Virus record (IMG/VR): IMGVR_UViG_3300042888_002988
Coordinates: 136,159 to 200,158 of that record
Reading direction: 5' to 3' (one strand)
DNA from: a virus
Taxonomy: Duplodnaviria; Caudoviricetes
Length of the DNA stretch: 64,000 nt
Shown here: positions 18,457 through 26,031 of the stretch, one piece after another
Layout of the letters: the number at the start of each line of letters is the position of its first letter
How positions within the stretch are numbered: position 1 is the first letter of the stretch
Position numbers and translations under genes: made by a program
The notes under the pieces: model-generated
Told to the model about the DNA's origin: nothing
What the model saw: the letters and a program-made list of their open reading frames with translations, nothing else
Database searches by the model: none

Positions 18457-19524
18457 ATGACACAAGATTATACCACAATCAACAATCCCCGCTTCCTATT
18501 TCGTGCAGAGATGCACCAGCCATTTCCGGACTGGGTTGTCTCGCAAGCCATGCCTGAAGCGGGGGAGTTCACGAAGAAGGCAGCATCCGCTTTTGCCGAT
18601 CCGAAACGACGACTGCTGCCGATCTGTTCGAAGTCCGCTGCGTTCCATTCCGCCATCAACATCTTCGCCAAGCCTGACGACTATGATGAGGCCACGCTTG
18701 AGCGCGTCAAGGAAGCCTGCGCGTTCTACGGCATCGAGCAGGAGATCCTGCCGTATGCCGAACTGTTCAGCGAGGAGTTCTCCAAGTCCGCATCGCTGCA
18801 GGAACTCGCCGAGGGGCGATACGCCATCCACGATGTGATCAACGGCGAAGAATTCAAAATGCTTCCCCTCAATGACTCGGACGACGTGCTGAGCTCTGCT
18901 TTCGATCTGGCCAAGATGGCGTCCGACAATCGCATCCACCTTCTGATGTTCGTGCCGGCCGCGCGCGAAATCATCAAGGCCGCCGCTGACTTCAACCTGG
19001 AGCTGCGGTTGCCTGCCCTTATCACGCGCTTCGGCGTGGAGCGATTCGCTGATGCTGAAAGTGCCGCGAAAAAAATTCAAGGCCGTGAGGATCTGTGCAA
19101 GAACGCCGCCATCCGCGCCCGCTTGGCAGCCGACTATCAGGAAGCCATCGCCAACGTGGAAGCCGATCCGGAAGATGCGATGGCCAAGATCGCCGCGATC
19201 GATCACGCCGCCGGCCTCGAGCCCAGTTACCGGCTGTCGTCGCTGGTGCCGAACCCGTTCGACATCGTCTTCGGCGGTGCGCTGGTCGCGGACGCCGAGA
19301 AGGCCGCGCAGGAGAATGTCATGGTGCGGGAGGTATTGATACCGCTCGAGGCTGTGCAGAAGATCACGCCGCTGGACGCCGGCTACCGCCTGAGCAAGTC
19401 CGCAGCGGAGACGCTTACCAAGCTGCGTGACACGCAGGATGCCCGGGACCTTAGTCTCGCGATCGAGCATTGGTCGGAACGTGACCAACGCACCCTCCTC
19501 CGCCTGGCAGTCGACGCAGCCTAA
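18457..19524 (+). CDS. Hypothetical protein, possibly virion-internal
   Basis: Clean ORF with repeated K-x-A motifs. Confidence 0.6.
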   Translation: MTQDYTTINNPRFLFRAEMHQPFPDWVVSQAMPEAGEFTKKAASAFADPKRRLLPICSKSAAFHSAINIFAKPDDYDEATLERVKEACAFYGIEQEILPYAELFSEEFSKSASLQELAEGRYAIHDVINGEEFKMLPLNDSDDVLSSAFDLAKMASDNRIHLLMFVPAAREIIKAAADFNLELRLPALITRFGVERFADAESAAKKIQGREDLCKNAAIRARLAADYQEAIANVEADPEDAMAKIAAIDHAAGLEPSYRLSSLVPNPFDIVFGGALVADAEKAAQENVMVREVLIPLEAVQKITPLDAGYRLSKSAAETLTKLRDTQDARDLSLAIEHWSERDQRTLLRLAVDAA

Positions 19525-19539
19525 GCCTATTACCCAGAC

Positions 19540-20172
19540 ATGAGTATCGATGCGAGGGCACGAATTCCACTCAACGAGGGCGCCATCCGTAAGGCGCTCG
19601 GGGACTCGGACACGCCTGGGCTGGTCTTATTCACTATCGCGCTCTACGAGTTCGGACCGTCCGTAATGGGCGATGAGGACGAGGGCGTGGAGGCAATGGA
19701 TCCAGCCGAGATGTGGGCCGAGCTGCACTCCCGCTACAACACCTGGGTCACCGAGGAGGGCGAGAACAAACTCAACGCCATCGTCACCGGACTTACCGGC
19801 GGCAGCTTCTGGTATGACGTGGACATCTTCATGGCCGTCGCGACCGCGTTGTTCGACGGCGATCTGGGCGACATGATCGACACCGGCTTCGAAAACCTCA
19901 GCGCCACCGAGATCATGTGGGCGGTGCTGGAGATGGGGCTTGCTTGGGACTCGGACGAGGAGCCGCAGTTCTCCCTAGACGTGCGCCAGTATGTCAACGA
20001 GGTGCTGTCCTACGAGCAGGAGGATCAGGATCAGAACGCCGTCGAGATTGAGAAGGTGTATCTGCTCATGCTGGATCAGATGCGCGAACTCGGAATCCCG
20101 GGGTCGTTCATCCGGGTGTGGGATGAGGAGTATGCGCAGGTCGTGGCGAACCTGGAAGACGGACGCCTGTGA
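19540..20172 (+). CDS. Acidic hypothetical protein
   Basis: Clean ORF with phage-typical codon usage. Confidence 0.6.
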   Translation: MSIDARARIPLNEGAIRKALGDSDTPGLVLFTIALYEFGPSVMGDEDEGVEAMDPAEMWAELHSRYNTWVTEEGENKLNAIVTGLTGGSFWYDVDIFMAVATALFDGDLGDMIDTGFENLSATEIMWAVLEMGLAWDSDEEPQFSLDVRQYVNEVLSYEQEDQDQNAVEIEKVYLLMLDQMRELGIPGSFIRVWDEEYAQVVANLEDGRL

Positions 20173-20178
20173 TGGGCG

Positions 20179-20216
20179 TGCAATTCTCAACGCTTCCGCG
20201 TCATAATGATTTGCTA
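20179..20216 (+). promoter_or_regulatory. Putative promoter, site 1 (GCAA-N16-GTCATAATGATTTGC)
   Basis: 17 bp are identical to 22294-22310, with GCAA exactly 20 nt upstream of GTCA. Confidence 0.7.
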
Positions 20217-20223
20217 AGGCCGT

Positions 20224-20239
20224 TCGTAATGCATTACGA
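20224..20239. promoter_or_regulatory. Perfect 16-bp palindrome TCGTAATGCATTACGA, candidate operator
   Basis: Lies immediately downstream of promoter site 1. Confidence 0.5.
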
Positions 20240-20258
20240 GCTCACTCTACTTAGCACC

Positions 20259-20324
20259 GCGGCCAACTGCCAATGACGAATAATCACACCCCCGTGTTCT
20301 AATTTGTCTACGGCAGTTGGTCGC
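20259..20324 (+). ncRNA. Structured leader hairpin
   Basis: GCGGCCAACTGCC/GGCAGTTGGTCGC outer stem enclosing GACGAAT/ATTTGTC. Confidence 0.45.
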
Positions 20325-20356
20325 AACATCTATCGACTGTTTACAAAATTTTTACC

Positions 20357-20896
20357 ATGCCCGACTGCACGTCACTTCACATTCACATCCTTCCCGAGGA
20401 CGCCGCCTACTTCGAAGGTCTCACCAGCACTTCGGCGACCAGCACCAGGTTCCCTGGGCTGCTGGACATCGAATGCGAAGAGCTGGTGCCGGCGGATCTC
20501 AACGACTACTGCAAGCGGCCGTTCTTCGGTATGCACGGCAACTACTCCGGCAGCTACCACGCGCAGTCGCTCTGCTGTCCAGGCAAGGGATCGGTGTTCA
20601 CGCACGCCTGCGACGACAACGGCGCGCTCAGCATGTATGCCACGGACCCGTGGTCCATCAGCAATGCGCCGCTGCAGATCGCGTCGTTCACGATGCAGTA
20701 TCTGACGGTGGCCAGGCAGCTCGTCGCCGATATGCTGGACAAAGCTGCGAAGGCCATGGAAGTCAAGCTCAAGGAGCTCGAGTCCGCGACCGACACTCCG
20801 GAGTCTATCGCCGGCCGAGCCGCGAAGCTGTCCGGCGGCAAGACCGCCAAGAAGGCGCCAGCGAAAAAGGCTGGACGCAAACCCAAGAAGGGTTAA
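20357..20896 (+). CDS. Hypothetical protein with Lys/Ala-rich basic C-terminal tail
   Basis: Ends in KTAKKAPAKKAGRKPKKG. Confidence 0.65.
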   Translation: MPDCTSLHIHILPEDAAYFEGLTSTSATSTRFPGLLDIECEELVPADLNDYCKRPFFGMHGNYSGSYHAQSLCCPGKGSVFTHACDDNGALSMYATDPWSISNAPLQIASFTMQYLTVARQLVADMLDKAAKAMEVKLKELESATDTPESIAGRAAKLSGGKTAKKAPAKKAGRKPKKG

Positions 20897-20909
20897 GGTC
20901 AAATTTTCA

Positions 20910-21341
20910 GGGGGCGTTCTGGTTTCGACATGATTGTTGAAGGCATTACCCGCACGTGGTGGTTGATCGGCAGGCCACCTTAAAAGCCGTTCAAAACAAA
21001 CAAATGCCAACTCCAACGAGTTCGCGATGACCTCCGCCGAAGCAGACGCTTTGCTCGCCAATGGTATCGCCGCCCCAACGGGCGTCGAAGCCGGCGCGCT
21101 CGCAGCTGCCTAAGCAGACTGTCATCCCACGTGGGTTCCGCCGGTATACCGGGGCCTGCGCAGGACAACCAATGTATTCCTTAGAGCCAGGTAACACTGG
21201 CGGGCAGCCCGGGAAGACGGGATAGGTCTCAAGCCCCGAATGGTGCGATAGGGTGTCTCGGCCCGATAACTGAGACTAAACGTGTAGAAAGTATGCTTGA
21301 CGTAATTGTGGACAGGGGTTCGACTCCCCTCGCCTCCACCA
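20910..21341 (+). ncRNA. ssrA: tmRNA with a 35-codon tag reading frame (21006-21113)
   Basis: 5' GGGGGCGTTCTGGTTTCGAC; 3' T-arm GGGGTTCGACTCCCC plus CGCCTCC-A-CCA; G3-U70 pair; tag ANSNEFA...ALAAA with stop in a hairpin loop. Confidence 0.95.
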
Positions 21342-21349
21342 TTTCCCAC

Positions 21350-21428
21350 GGCAGGGTAGCTCAGTCTGGTCCAGAGCAACGGGCTCATAATCCGTAGGTC
21401 GGTGGTTCGAATCCACCCCCTGCCACCA
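21350..21428 (+). tRNA. tRNA with CAT anticodon (elongator Met or Ile2; not initiator)
   Basis: Full cloverleaf: GGCAGGG/CCCTGCC acceptor stem, loop CTCATAA, encoded CCA, G1-C72 pair. Confidence 0.92.
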
Positions 21429-21430
21429 AT

Positions 21431-21503
21431 GCCCGCTCAGTATCCCCTGCGCCAGTTTACCCCACGGGGTCTAGCAACGCAGGGGGCAACTGAGCGGGCG
21501 CCA
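21431..21503 (+). ncRNA. 73-nt rod-like hairpin ending in G-CCA
   Basis: GCCCGCTCAGT/ACTGAGCGGGC and CCCCTGCG/CGCAGGGG stems; 3' overhang GCCA. Confidence 0.5.
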
Positions 21504-21541
21504 TTTTCCGGACCCCCTTACCACGGGTCCCCTCCACAAAC

Positions 21542-21602
21542 GTCACAGCTCCGCCTGGCATGAAGCCGCGGACTGAGACCCGCTTGGGAGCGGGGCTGTG
21601 AC
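21542..21602 (+). ncRNA. Three-way-junction hairpin
   Basis: 13-bp closing stem GTCACAGCTCCGC/GCGGGGCTGTGAC enclosing two small hairpins. Confidence 0.45.
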
Positions 21603-21622
21603 ACAAACATCTTCCCGTATGG

Positions 21623-21714
21623 GAGCCAGGGCTGGTTGCCTATCCGATTATCCGCCGCCGTGGGACGCCACGACGGACATCGGTGGGGTAGGGTTCGAGT
21701 CCCTCCCTTGGTTC
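21623..21714 (+). ncRNA. tRNA-like element with acceptor stem and T-arm, and one long hairpin replacing the D and anticodon arms
   Basis: GAGCCAGGG/CCTTGGTTC stem and AGGG-TTCGAGT-CCCT T-arm; no encoded CCA. Confidence 0.55.
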
Positions 21715-21720
21715 ACGATT

Positions 21721-21800
21721 TCGCAGGTAGCTCAGACTGGTAGAGCATCGGTGCCAACACTTACCGAGGGTCGTAGGTTCAAATCCTACCCTGTGATCCA
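21721..21800 (+). tRNA. Non-canonical tRNA with a 10-nt anticodon loop (GCCAACACTT); no decodable anticodon
   Basis: TCGCAGG/CCTGTGA acceptor, TAGCTCAGACTGGTAGAGC D-arm, GTAGG-TTCAAAT-CCTAC T-arm and CCA are intact; TCGGT/ACCGA stem; no U33. Confidence 0.75.
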
Positions 21801-21809
21801 ATTTCCCCA

Positions 21810-22260
21810 CGTCCCGGACAAACCCTTCCCATTGCCGAACCCTGGATGGCCTTCTACGGAGGGCGAGAGGGTGTAGGTCGGCGCTCAGGCGTCGAGAGGG
21901 GACCGGGAGGTTACGGGACGGTCGTCGCCCGCGCTCGCAGTGCACTGCGAGCACACGCTGAACGTAAGCGTCCCACAGCGCGGCGGCGACCGACACTTTC
22001 TCGAAAAGCCCGTAGGCTCTGAGGGCAACCGCAAACCAGTGCCTTGGAATGCAACCGCCCGACAGGTGGCCCAAGAGAAAAGCCGGCGGGGTAGCGCTAC
22101 CCCGCCGGCACCCACCGCTCGGATCGCGACATTTATCAACATGGTGTCGCGATCCGAGCGGTGGTTCGGTGTTCATAGCTCCGGAGTATTTCCGGAAAGA
22201 TCGATCGCTCGATCTGCGGCGGAAGACGGCGGGGGCCGAGGTCCCCGCCGTCTTCCGTCT
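21810..22260 (+). ncRNA. Unassigned highly structured non-coding region with multiple long stems
   Basis: Stems 21810-16/21914-20; cUACGg hairpin 21849-64; 20-bp palindrome 21933-52; 28-bp palindrome 22082-109; 20-bp inverted repeat 22112-31/22145-64; 16-bp stem 22219-58. Confidence 0.6.
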
Positions 22261-22272
22261 GTTTACCTATCG

Positions 22273-22310
22273 CGCAAGTTCTGACTCTTCGGTGTCATAA
22301 TGATTTGCTA
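22273..22310 (+). promoter_or_regulatory. Putative promoter, site 2; near-leaderless ATG
   Basis: CGCAAG-N17-CATAAT, with ATG 8 nt downstream. Confidence 0.7.
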
Positions 22311-22657
22311 TGAACCAACCGTTTATTACCGCACAAAACATCAGCAGCAGTGGAGCCAGACCGTCAACGATCTGGGCCTCTGCGGCCAAGACGCTCAGAA
22401 GTTTGCAAACTGCCGATCTGCAGCAGCACCACGTTCGCTCGTGGGATGCCTACCCCAGCAACCGCTGGGGCTGGGTAGCCGACAGCGGACGACTGCTTGG
22501 TGTCGGTCACTGCGCCAAGTCGCAGGGCCGGCAGGGAGAACGCATCGCCCGGATCGACCTGCCCTACTACGGTAGCGGCCGGGAATTGAGGGAGGACGTG
22601 CGCAAGTATCTCGCCAAGATCGACAGAAAATTCCGCGTGGTCCGCAAAGCAGCGTGA
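22310..22657 (+). CDS. Hypothetical protein
   Basis: ORF directly after promoter site 2. Confidence 0.6.
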   Translation: MNQPFITAQNISSSGARPSTIWASAAKTLRSLQTADLQQHHVRSWDAYPSNRWGWVADSGRLLGVGHCAKSQGRQGERIARIDLPYYGSGRELREDVRKYLAKIDRKFRVVRKAA

Positions 22658-22714
22658 CGCGCCTTCCCCGCGCTGCAAGTTAATCCCCCGCTCATACATC
22701 AAGATTAGCAGCGC

Positions 22715-22757
22715 ACCGCGCGGCTTCCTTCGGGGAGCCGCGCGGTCCATCTTCTTT
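22715..22757 (+). terminator. Intrinsic terminator-like hairpin
   Basis: 14-bp stem with cUUCGg loop followed by a pyrimidine/T tract. Confidence 0.7.
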
Positions 22758-22774
22758 ACCTAACACATAATACA

Positions 22775-22978
22775 ATGAAAGTATACGAACTAATCAGACT
22801 ACTGGAAGAAGCACCCGCCGGATTGGAAGTTCAAGTTGTCCTACCCAACACGCTGGCTACACACATCAAGAAGGTCGAAAGTGACGAGGAGGCCTTTTAC
22901 ATCATAGGCCTAGATGCCGAAATCGTGAGCGACGCGAATGGCGAGAGTTTAGGAATGCTTTCAGCGCTCCAGTTCTGA
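22775..22978 (+). CDS. Small hypothetical protein
   Basis: A-rich leader and ATG; convergent with the terminase C-half. Confidence 0.55.
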   Translation: MKVYELIRLLEEAPAGLEVQVVLPNTLATHIKKVESDEEAFYIIGLDAEIVSDANGESLGMLSALQF

Positions 22979-24871
22979 TCACCCGCCCACGTAGCCGCCA
23001 TCGAACATGTCGCCCATCCGGGTGCCAAGGTCGTTGGGGATCGCGATGCCAAACATGGTCCGCAGCTCGTCCATGATCTGCTTGTTCGGGATCAGCGGCT
23101 CCTGGTTCACGATGCGCTTCATCATGCAGGCGTAGTTGGTGGCCATCAGGAAGTCATCCGCCCGAGCCCCGTGCTTGATGTAGCGCATGATCGTCCGGCC
23201 CGAGGGCGCCTCGGTGATGTTCCGGCGGACGTTCAAGCAGTCCAGAGCAAACGAGCTGGAGTCATCCCACCGCGGCCAGGTGATCATCCCGTCCTTGATG
23301 TCGGCCAGCACGGCTGAGATCGAGTCCGACCGGTGAAGCGACATGATGTTCGACTCCGGGTGTGGAATGCGATCGAGCATCAGCTTGGTGTCGGTGTATT
23401 GGAAGTGGATCAGCATGTTTGTGGGGATCGCGCCGCAGTCCCGCATGAAGGCATTGTAGTAAGCGCCTCCGCCGTTGTCGGTGCCCATGGCGAACGACTT
23501 GAACCGGTTGTGGGCGGCCACGATGGTCTGAGCGACATCGCGGTAATTCATCCCAGCGTAGCGGTGAGCGTAGAGCAGGTCCATCCGACCCTCAGGAGTC
23601 ATCCCGTAGATCACGTGCACCGTGTAGGAGAGCTTCGACCGGTAGGCCGGCTCCCAGTCAGAACCTCCCCAGTCGACGCCGGAGAACACCCTGGTGTAGC
23701 GCACGGTCTCCTCGAAGTAATCCGACTGGGTCTTCTTGAAGGTCTTGTCGGTGCAGCACTTCTTCAGATCCGCCTCGCTGAGCTCGGTCATCCCGGACTC
23801 CACCGCGATTCCCCAGATTTCCTGGAGGAACTTTTTGAACTGACCATTCTGGGTATACCGTTGGTAATACTGCCAGATGTCCATGAAGCGCTTGCCCTGC
23901 GCATACTCCGGCACGATCACCTGCGGAAGGTGGAAGCTCGGCATGTTGACGTTGAGCCTTGATCGATCCTCGTGGACGAACTCGCCGGCCATCGGGTTGA
24001 GCTTGATATGCTTGTTGTCCGGGCAGCGCAGGCCTTCCGGTGAGACCATCATGTTCGGAATGATTTCCGGATCCCCCAGGGAGTGGAACTTCTTCGGGCA
24101 GGAACAGGGGATGTGCCATACGCCACGGCTGCCTAGCCGATACTGTGCTTCGAGGCAGGTATCGAGGTCCTTGGAGGTGCCGGCGAAGATGGTGAGCCGG
24201 TCGTCGGGGAAGGCTTTCTGGACCTGCTCGATCTCAGGTAAATGCTCGGCATCGAAATCCTGCGCTTCGTCTATCAGGACTGATGGAACCGAGTTGCCCC
24301 GAATTTTACTGGGGTCAGTTAGAATGTGCATTAACTTCAGAGAACCGCCGGACGGTGCCTCTTTGTAATACATGTTATTGCGGTAGCCGCGGCTCGCAAA
24401 GTAGGACGGAGGACATACTGATCCGCGCTGCATGTCGAGCATTTTATCAGCGATCGTCTTGCTCTGCTCCTTGAGCGGAGTCAGGTAAATCGCGCGGTAG
24501 TTCGGGAACACGCAGAACTTGAGAAGCTCCGCTCCGCACAGCCCAGTCGAATTATGACTGGCGATCCCGGACGTGAAATACGTGTGCTCTTTGGAATCCA
24601 CCCGCAGATCGAACAGCTCGCGCAGTTCCCCCAGGGGCTCGCAGCTGGTGACCATCTGCCAATCGTGCTCAGTCAATACCCAGTCACCCACCAGGATCTG
24701 ATCCACCTGCGTGAAGCCACTCGTCCCGTTCACCAAATGCTTGCCGGCGCACTCCAGCGTGAATTCACGCGTCTGGAGTCGCCATACCGGCATGGGAATA
24801 GTGCGATAGGCATGTGTGACTTTTACAAAACCACCCCCAGGAGCGGCGACTTTTATGTCAAGATGCTCCAA
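22979..24871 (-). CDS. terL: Terminase large subunit C-terminal part, preceded by a C-terminal split-intein fragment
   Basis: After HN|S: YLTPL, IRGNSVPSVLIDEAQD (Walker B), FAGTSK, Cys-rich region, GVDWGG and GTDNGGG nuclease acids. TTG start at 24871 has GAGGA 7 nt upstream; the ORF is open to GTG 24955. Confidence 0.88.
   Translation of the reverse strand: MEHLDIKVAAPGGGFVKVTHAYRTIPMPVWRLQTREFTLECAGKHLVNGTSGFTQVDQILVGDWVLTEHDWQMVTSCEPLGELRELFDLRVDSKEHTYFTSGIASHNSTGLCGAELLKFCVFPNYRAIYLTPLKEQSKTIADKMLDMQRGSVCPPSYFASRGYRNNMYYKEAPSGGSLKLMHILTDPSKIRGNSVPSVLIDEAQDFDAEHLPEIEQVQKAFPDDRLTIFAGTSKDLDTCLEAQYRLGSRGVWHIPCSCPKKFHSLGDPEIIPNMMVSPEGLRCPDNKHIKLNPMAGEFVHEDRSRLNVNMPSFHLPQVIVPEYAQGKRFMDIWQYYQRYTQNGQFKKFLQEIWGIAVESGMTELSEADLKKCCTDKTFKKTQSDYFEETVRYTRVFSGVDWGGSDWEPAYRSKLSYTVHVIYGMTPEGRMDLLYAHRYAGMNYRDVAQTIVAAHNRFKSFAMGTDNGGGAYYNAFMRDCGAIPTNMLIHFQYTDTKLMLDRIPHPESNIMSLHRSDSISAVLADIKDGMITWPRWDDSSSFALDCLNVRRNITEAPSGRTIMRYIKHGARADDFLMATNYACMMKRIVNQEPLIPNKQIMDELRTMFGIAIPNDLGTRMGDMFDGGYVGG
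24551..24871 (-). mobile_element. IntC: long C-terminal split-intein fragment (107 aa from TTG)
   Basis: Block B ECAGKH, block F LFDLRV..EHTYF and block G SHN|S; no endonuclease domain. Confidence 0.9.
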
Positions 24872-24954
24872 GGATCGTTCCTCAGCTATTTCGTTTTCCA
24901 GCAGCACGGAGTCCACCGTAAGCCGCGAACGGAGCAGCGTCAAGATGATGACCA

Positions 24955-24987
24955 CGCAAGCAGATGCGGCGTGGTGTCACTTATAAA
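24955..24987 (+). promoter_or_regulatory. Putative promoter, site 4, driving the gene inserted between the terminase halves
   Basis: CGCAAG followed by GGTGTCA at the same 20-nt GCAA-to-GTCA spacing as sites 1-3; the downstream hexamer differs (CTTATAAA). Confidence 0.5.
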
Positions 24988-25146
24988 GCGCAGGAAGAAC
25001 GGCTCGCGCTGGAGCGACCGTGCGCACCAATCCCCATTACGGACGAAGGGGGCGCCGCATGTTTCCATAGGCTTGCAGCCTACTCATGCCGTGTTATTGT
25101 CGTCCTCAGCCACACATTGAACGCTACCCAACCACTACCCACACAC

Positions 25147-26031
25147 ATGCAATGGGCTCCTCGCCCAGCTCCCTACCTGCCCGGGCTTCACAGCGCCCAG
25201 GCGACGAACAGCAACGAGCGGATACCGTTCGTCTCTGTGTATCGCACCAAAGCCAAGGCCGCAGCGGATTGGATCCGTGGCTGCAAGCTTGCCACCGGCA
25301 CATCCTCGTTCTTCCTGCGCAGCGACGAGCAGGACGTGAAGCTCTACGATTACCGCGGCAGGTTCGTGAAGAACCTGGAGGCACCCACGTTCAAGGCCAC
25401 GCCGGAGCTCGAAGACAGCATCCCAGTGGATCGCGATTTCATGGTGCATGAGGCGCGGGAGGCCACCAAGCAGCCTCAGCTGTCGCTGCTCGTCTGCGCG
25501 GAAGACCACGCCGGCGCCAGCGCTGCCGACCATTCGAACTTCGTCATTGTCTGCAGGCGCATGCTCATCGAGGCCTCCGCCGCGGACCTGGAGCATTTCT
25601 ATGTAGTGGAGAGCCAGCGCTGGCCGTGCCGCATGACGGGCATCTACGCAAACGTCTCCGCGCTGTCGCCGGCCATGCAGGACATCTACCTGGAGCGATT
25701 CAAGTGGCTCAGCAACAGCTGGCCGCTGAATGCCCGGCACCACCTGGACATGCTGGCCGACCGGCTGGTGCGATCCAGGTCGCGCTACGTGACCGACCTA
25801 CTGCAGGACTGCGGACACGCCGCCCGTATGCCGCAGGACCTGATTCTGACCCTGCAGTCGAAGTGGATGCTGGCGTCGCCGGGATCCAAGTATCGGTTCG
25901 CGCAGCACTTGGTGGAGACGCTCCGGGAAGGTCTGCTGTTCGAAATCAACCAGGCTGAGGTGTTCGCGCCGTCCATCGTGGACAGCCACGGGGCGGCGGT
26001 CGTCAAGGAATTCAGGCAAATCCTGCGCTGA
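25147..26031 (+). CDS. Hypothetical protein inserted antisense between the terminase/intein halves
   Basis: ATG 25147 follows an A/C-rich leader typical of this genome; no HNH, GIY-YIG or LAGLIDADG motif seen. Confidence 0.7.
   Translation: MQWAPRPAPYLPGLHSAQATNSNERIPFVSVYRTKAKAAADWIRGCKLATGTSSFFLRSDEQDVKLYDYRGRFVKNLEAPTFKATPELEDSIPVDRDFMVHEAREATKQPQLSLLVCAEDHAGASAADHSNFVIVCRRMLIEASAADLEHFYVVESQRWPCRMTGIYANVSALSPAMQDIYLERFKWLSNSWPLNARHHLDMLADRLVRSRSRYVTDLLQDCGHAARMPQDLILTLQSKWMLASPGSKYRFAQHLVETLREGLLFEINQAEVFAPSIVDSHGAAVVKEFRQILR

Noticed and set aside
18420-20899. GGGTTAAGGT shared at 18420 and 20890 as a second promoter class
   Set aside because: There are only two copies, one overlapping a stop codon, with no consistent partner element.
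21810-22080. RNase P, SRP, 6S RNA or a known riboswitch/ribozyme
   Set aside because: Signature sequences (RNase P GAGGAAAGUCC, SRP domain IV, hammerhead core) were not found by eye. Left unassigned pending cmscan.
24872-26011. Group I or II intron joining the terminase halves
   Set aside because: No intron core motifs were seen, both flanks carry complementary intein blocks, and the enclosed ORF is antisense.
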